Positions 61,826 to 64,000 of a stretch of DNA of 64,000 bases are shown here, piece by piece. Source of the DNA: Candidatus Eiseniibacteriota bacterium (GTDB lineage: Bacteria; Eisenbacteria; RBG-16-71-46); assembly GCA_963707915.1 (NCBI GenBank), contig OY970178.1:128001-192000 (forward strand). Reading direction: 5' to 3'. Position numbers and translations under genes: made by a program. Under the pieces are notes generated by a model. The model searched no databases. It saw only the letters and a program-made list of their open reading frames with translations, and was not told where the DNA came from. Within the stretch, counting starts at the first letter, position 1, and each line of letters begins with the position of its first letter.

Positions 61826-63262
61826 ATGGCCACGGGCCCCGACGACGCAGCGACGCTGAAGCTGCCCTTGATCATCCAGGGTGGCATGGGGGTGGGAGTC
61901 TCCAACTGGCGGCTCGCACAGGCGGTGTCCCGCCTCGGGCAGCTGGGGGTGGTCTCGGGCACGGCGCTGGACACCGTCTTCGCGCGCCGGCTCCAGTGCG
62001 GTGACCTGGGCGGCCACATGCGCCGCGCGATGGAGAGGTTCCCCATCCCGCAGGCGGCGGCGGACGCGTTGAAGCGTTACTTCCACCCCGACGGGCTTCC
62101 GCCGGGAGCGCCGTACGCCACGCTGCCCATGCCCCAGCAGGTGATGAGCAAGGCGCGCCAGCAATTCACCATGCTGGCGGCGTTCGTCGAGGTCCAACTC
62201 GCGAGGGAGGGCCACGACGGGCCGGTCGGGATCAACCTGCTGACCAAGGTGCAGCACTCGAACCTGCCGCTGCTGTACGGCGCGATGCTCGCCGGGGTGG
62301 GTTTCGTGCTGATGGGCGCGGGCATCCCGCGCGAGATCCCCGCGGCGCTCGACGCGCTCGCGCTGCACCAGCCGGCCGCGCTGCGCCTGGAGGTCGAGGG
62401 CGGCACCACCGGCCCCGGCCAGTACCTGAGGCTGGACCCGGCGGGCTTCTGGGAGAGCGCGCCGCCACCCATCGGCCGGCCGCTGTTCCTGCCCATCGTC
62501 GCCAGCCACTCGCTCGCGACGATGCTGGCGCGCAAGGCCTCCGGCCGCGTGGACGGCTTCGTCATCGAGGGCCCCACCGCCGGGGGGCACAACGCGCCGC
62601 CGCGCGGGGGCAGCGGGCCGGCTGGGCCGGGCGAGATCGCGTACGGGCCGCGCGACGTGGTGGACCTCGCGAAGGTCCGCGAGCTGGGCCTGCCGTTCTG
62701 GGTGGCGGGCGGGGAGGGCTCGCCGCAGCGGCTGCGCGAGGCGCTCGCGGCCGGGGCGGCCGGCATCCAGGTGGGCACCCTGTTCGCCTACTGCGACGAG
62801 TCCGGGATCGAGCCCGGACTGCGCGGCACCGTGCTGGAGCACCTCGCGCGCGGCGAGATCGTGGTGCGCACCGATTCGCGCGCGTCGCCGACGGGCTACC
62901 CGTTCAAGGTGGTCACCTGGGGCGCGGTCGCCGCGGTACGCAAGCGCGTCTGCGACCTGGGCTACCTGCGCACCGCCTACCAGATGCCGGACGGGCGCAT
63001 CGGCTACCGCTGCCCGAGCGAGCCGGAGGAGACGTTCGTCGCCAAGGGCGGCGACGCCGCGGACACGGTGGGGCGCCTGTGCCTGTGCAACTCCCTGCTC
63101 GCCACCATCGGGCTCCCGCAGGCGCGTGCCGAGGGCAACCCCGAGCCCCAGGTGCTGACCAGCGGCGATGACCTCGTCCAGCTCGGCGGCTTCCTCGCCG
63201 GTCGCACGCGCTACGCGGCGGCGGACGTCGTCGCCTACCTGCTCGAGGGCGCCACCGCCTAG
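61826..63262 (+). CDS. Nitronate monooxygenase family flavoprotein
   Basis: IIQGGMGVGVS, MGAGIP, EGPTAGGH, GIQVGTLF, SPTGYPFK, CLCN. Confidence 0.88.
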   Translation: MATGPDDAATLKLPLIIQGGMGVGVSNWRLAQAVSRLGQLGVVSGTALDTVFARRLQCGDLGGHMRRAMERFPIPQAAADALKRYFHPDGLPPGAPYATLPMPQQVMSKARQQFTMLAAFVEVQLAREGHDGPVGINLLTKVQHSNLPLLYGAMLAGVGFVLMGAGIPREIPAALDALALHQPAALRLEVEGGTTGPGQYLRLDPAGFWESAPPPIGRPLFLPIVASHSLATMLARKASGRVDGFVIEGPTAGGHNAPPRGGSGPAGPGEIAYGPRDVVDLAKVRELGLPFWVAGGEGSPQRLREALAAGAAGIQVGTLFAYCDESGIEPGLRGTVLEHLARGEIVVRTDSRASPTGYPFKVVTWGAVAAVRKRVCDLGYLRTAYQMPDGRIGYRCPSEPEETFVAKGGDAADTVGRLCLCNSLLATIGLPQARAEGNPEPQVLTSGDDLVQLGGFLAGRTRYAAADVVAYLLEGATA

Positions 63263-63281
63263 CCCCGGCCGCCGCGCCCGC

Positions 63282-64000
63282 TCAACTCCGCGGACCGCGC
63301 CGGCGCCGCGGGCGCTCGCCGGCCACCACGGTCACCCGGTAGGTCCCGCTGCGCTCGTCCTTGCTCAGCGCGACGACCTTCGCCTCCTGCGCGTCCTCCA
63401 GCAACTCGCTGAAGCTGCCGTAGCCGAGGGCCCCCTCGCTGAAGGCGGGGCGCTTGCGCTTCATGGTGTCCTTCACCAACGACGCCTGGATCACGTCGAT
63501 GTTCTCCCGCTGCAGCGCCCGCACCGTGTCCGCCAGCAGCCGGAACGCCTCGTCCTTGTCGTGCGCGGGCCGGGCCCCGGCCCGCGCCGGCTCCGGGCCG
63601 TGCTCGAGGTCCTCGTAGTAGATGAACTCGTCGCAGGCGTTGGCCAGCAGCGCGGAGGTGGACGCCTTCATGCCCAGGCCGATGACGTGCTTGCCGTTCT
63701 CCTTGAGCTTGGCGACCAGCGGGGAGAAGTCGCTGTCGCCGGAGACGACCACGAACGTGTCGATGTGCTCCTTGCTCCAGCTCAGGTCCATGGCGTCCAC
63801 GACCAGGCGGATGTCCGCGGAGTTCTTGCCGGTGCTCTCGCGGCGCGGGATCTCGATCAGTTCGATGCCGTTCTCGTGCAGGCTCTGGGTGTGCCCGCGG
63901 AATCGGTGCCAGTCGGCGTAAGCCACCTTGACGATGACCTTGCCCTTCTCGAGCAGGCGGTCGAGGACGCGCCGCACCTCGAAGGGGGCGCTGGCGTCGC
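63282..64000 (-). CDS. NYN (LabA/DUF88) domain protein with C-terminal OST-HTH; start beyond window edge
   Basis: AYADW, GKNSADIRLVVDAMD, SGDSDFSPL, CDEFIYY, GYGSFSELL. Confidence 0.9.
   Translation of the reverse strand, partial: DASAPFEVRRVLDRLLEKGKVIVKVAYADWHRFRGHTQSLHENGIELIEIPRRESTGKNSADIRLVVDAMDLSWSKEHIDTFVVVSGDSDFSPLVAKLKENGKHVIGLGMKASTSALLANACDEFIYYEDLEHGPEPARAGARPAHDKDEAFRLLADTVRALQRENIDVIQASLVKDTMKRKRPAFSEGALGYGSFSELLEDAQEAKVVALSKDERSGTYRVTVVAGERPRRRRGPRS

Overview
High-GC bacterial window. The TonB receptor / CTD-protein / PorV triad and the FlgD/T9SS-type C-terminal tails suggest an FCB-related lineage such as Ca. Eisenbacteria; this is inference only. From left to right it contains: the end of a polysulfide/thiosulfate-reductase-type operon (4Fe-4S subunit end, NrfD, two half-YeeE proteins, rhodanese); a TBDR + large CTD protein + PorV operon; a class IIC group II intron inserted behind that operon's terminator; a DUF2779-type nuclease; two tandem secreted S1/P1-type nucleases; an OsmC-like protein; and a selenium-dependent molybdenum hydroxylase cluster (ygfM-xdhD-amidohydrolase-mocA-yqeB-yqeC). 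Next is tRNA-Cys, followed by three tandem integrase-less cargo blocks, each ending in a homologous ~106-bp arm plus a copy of the tRNA 3' end. Block I is a metal/metalloid island (RAPP-motif uORF + metal uptake genes, NikR module, ars operon, second ArsR + MacB-type ABC). Block II carries a DUF347-type membrane protein. Block III carries a cyclic beta-1,2-glucan synthase. Ordinary genes follow. The top finding is an unannotated 97-aa ORF (36177-36470) with two consecutive in-frame UGA codons (H-G-U-U) followed by a SECIS-like hairpin. It is a candidate double-selenocysteine protein between two ArsR-controlled operons, and a truncated paralog sits at the far end of the ars operon. Many genes carry small indels without nonsense codons, most likely long-read assembly errors. 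All family assignments come from motif recognition by eye; no database searches were run.
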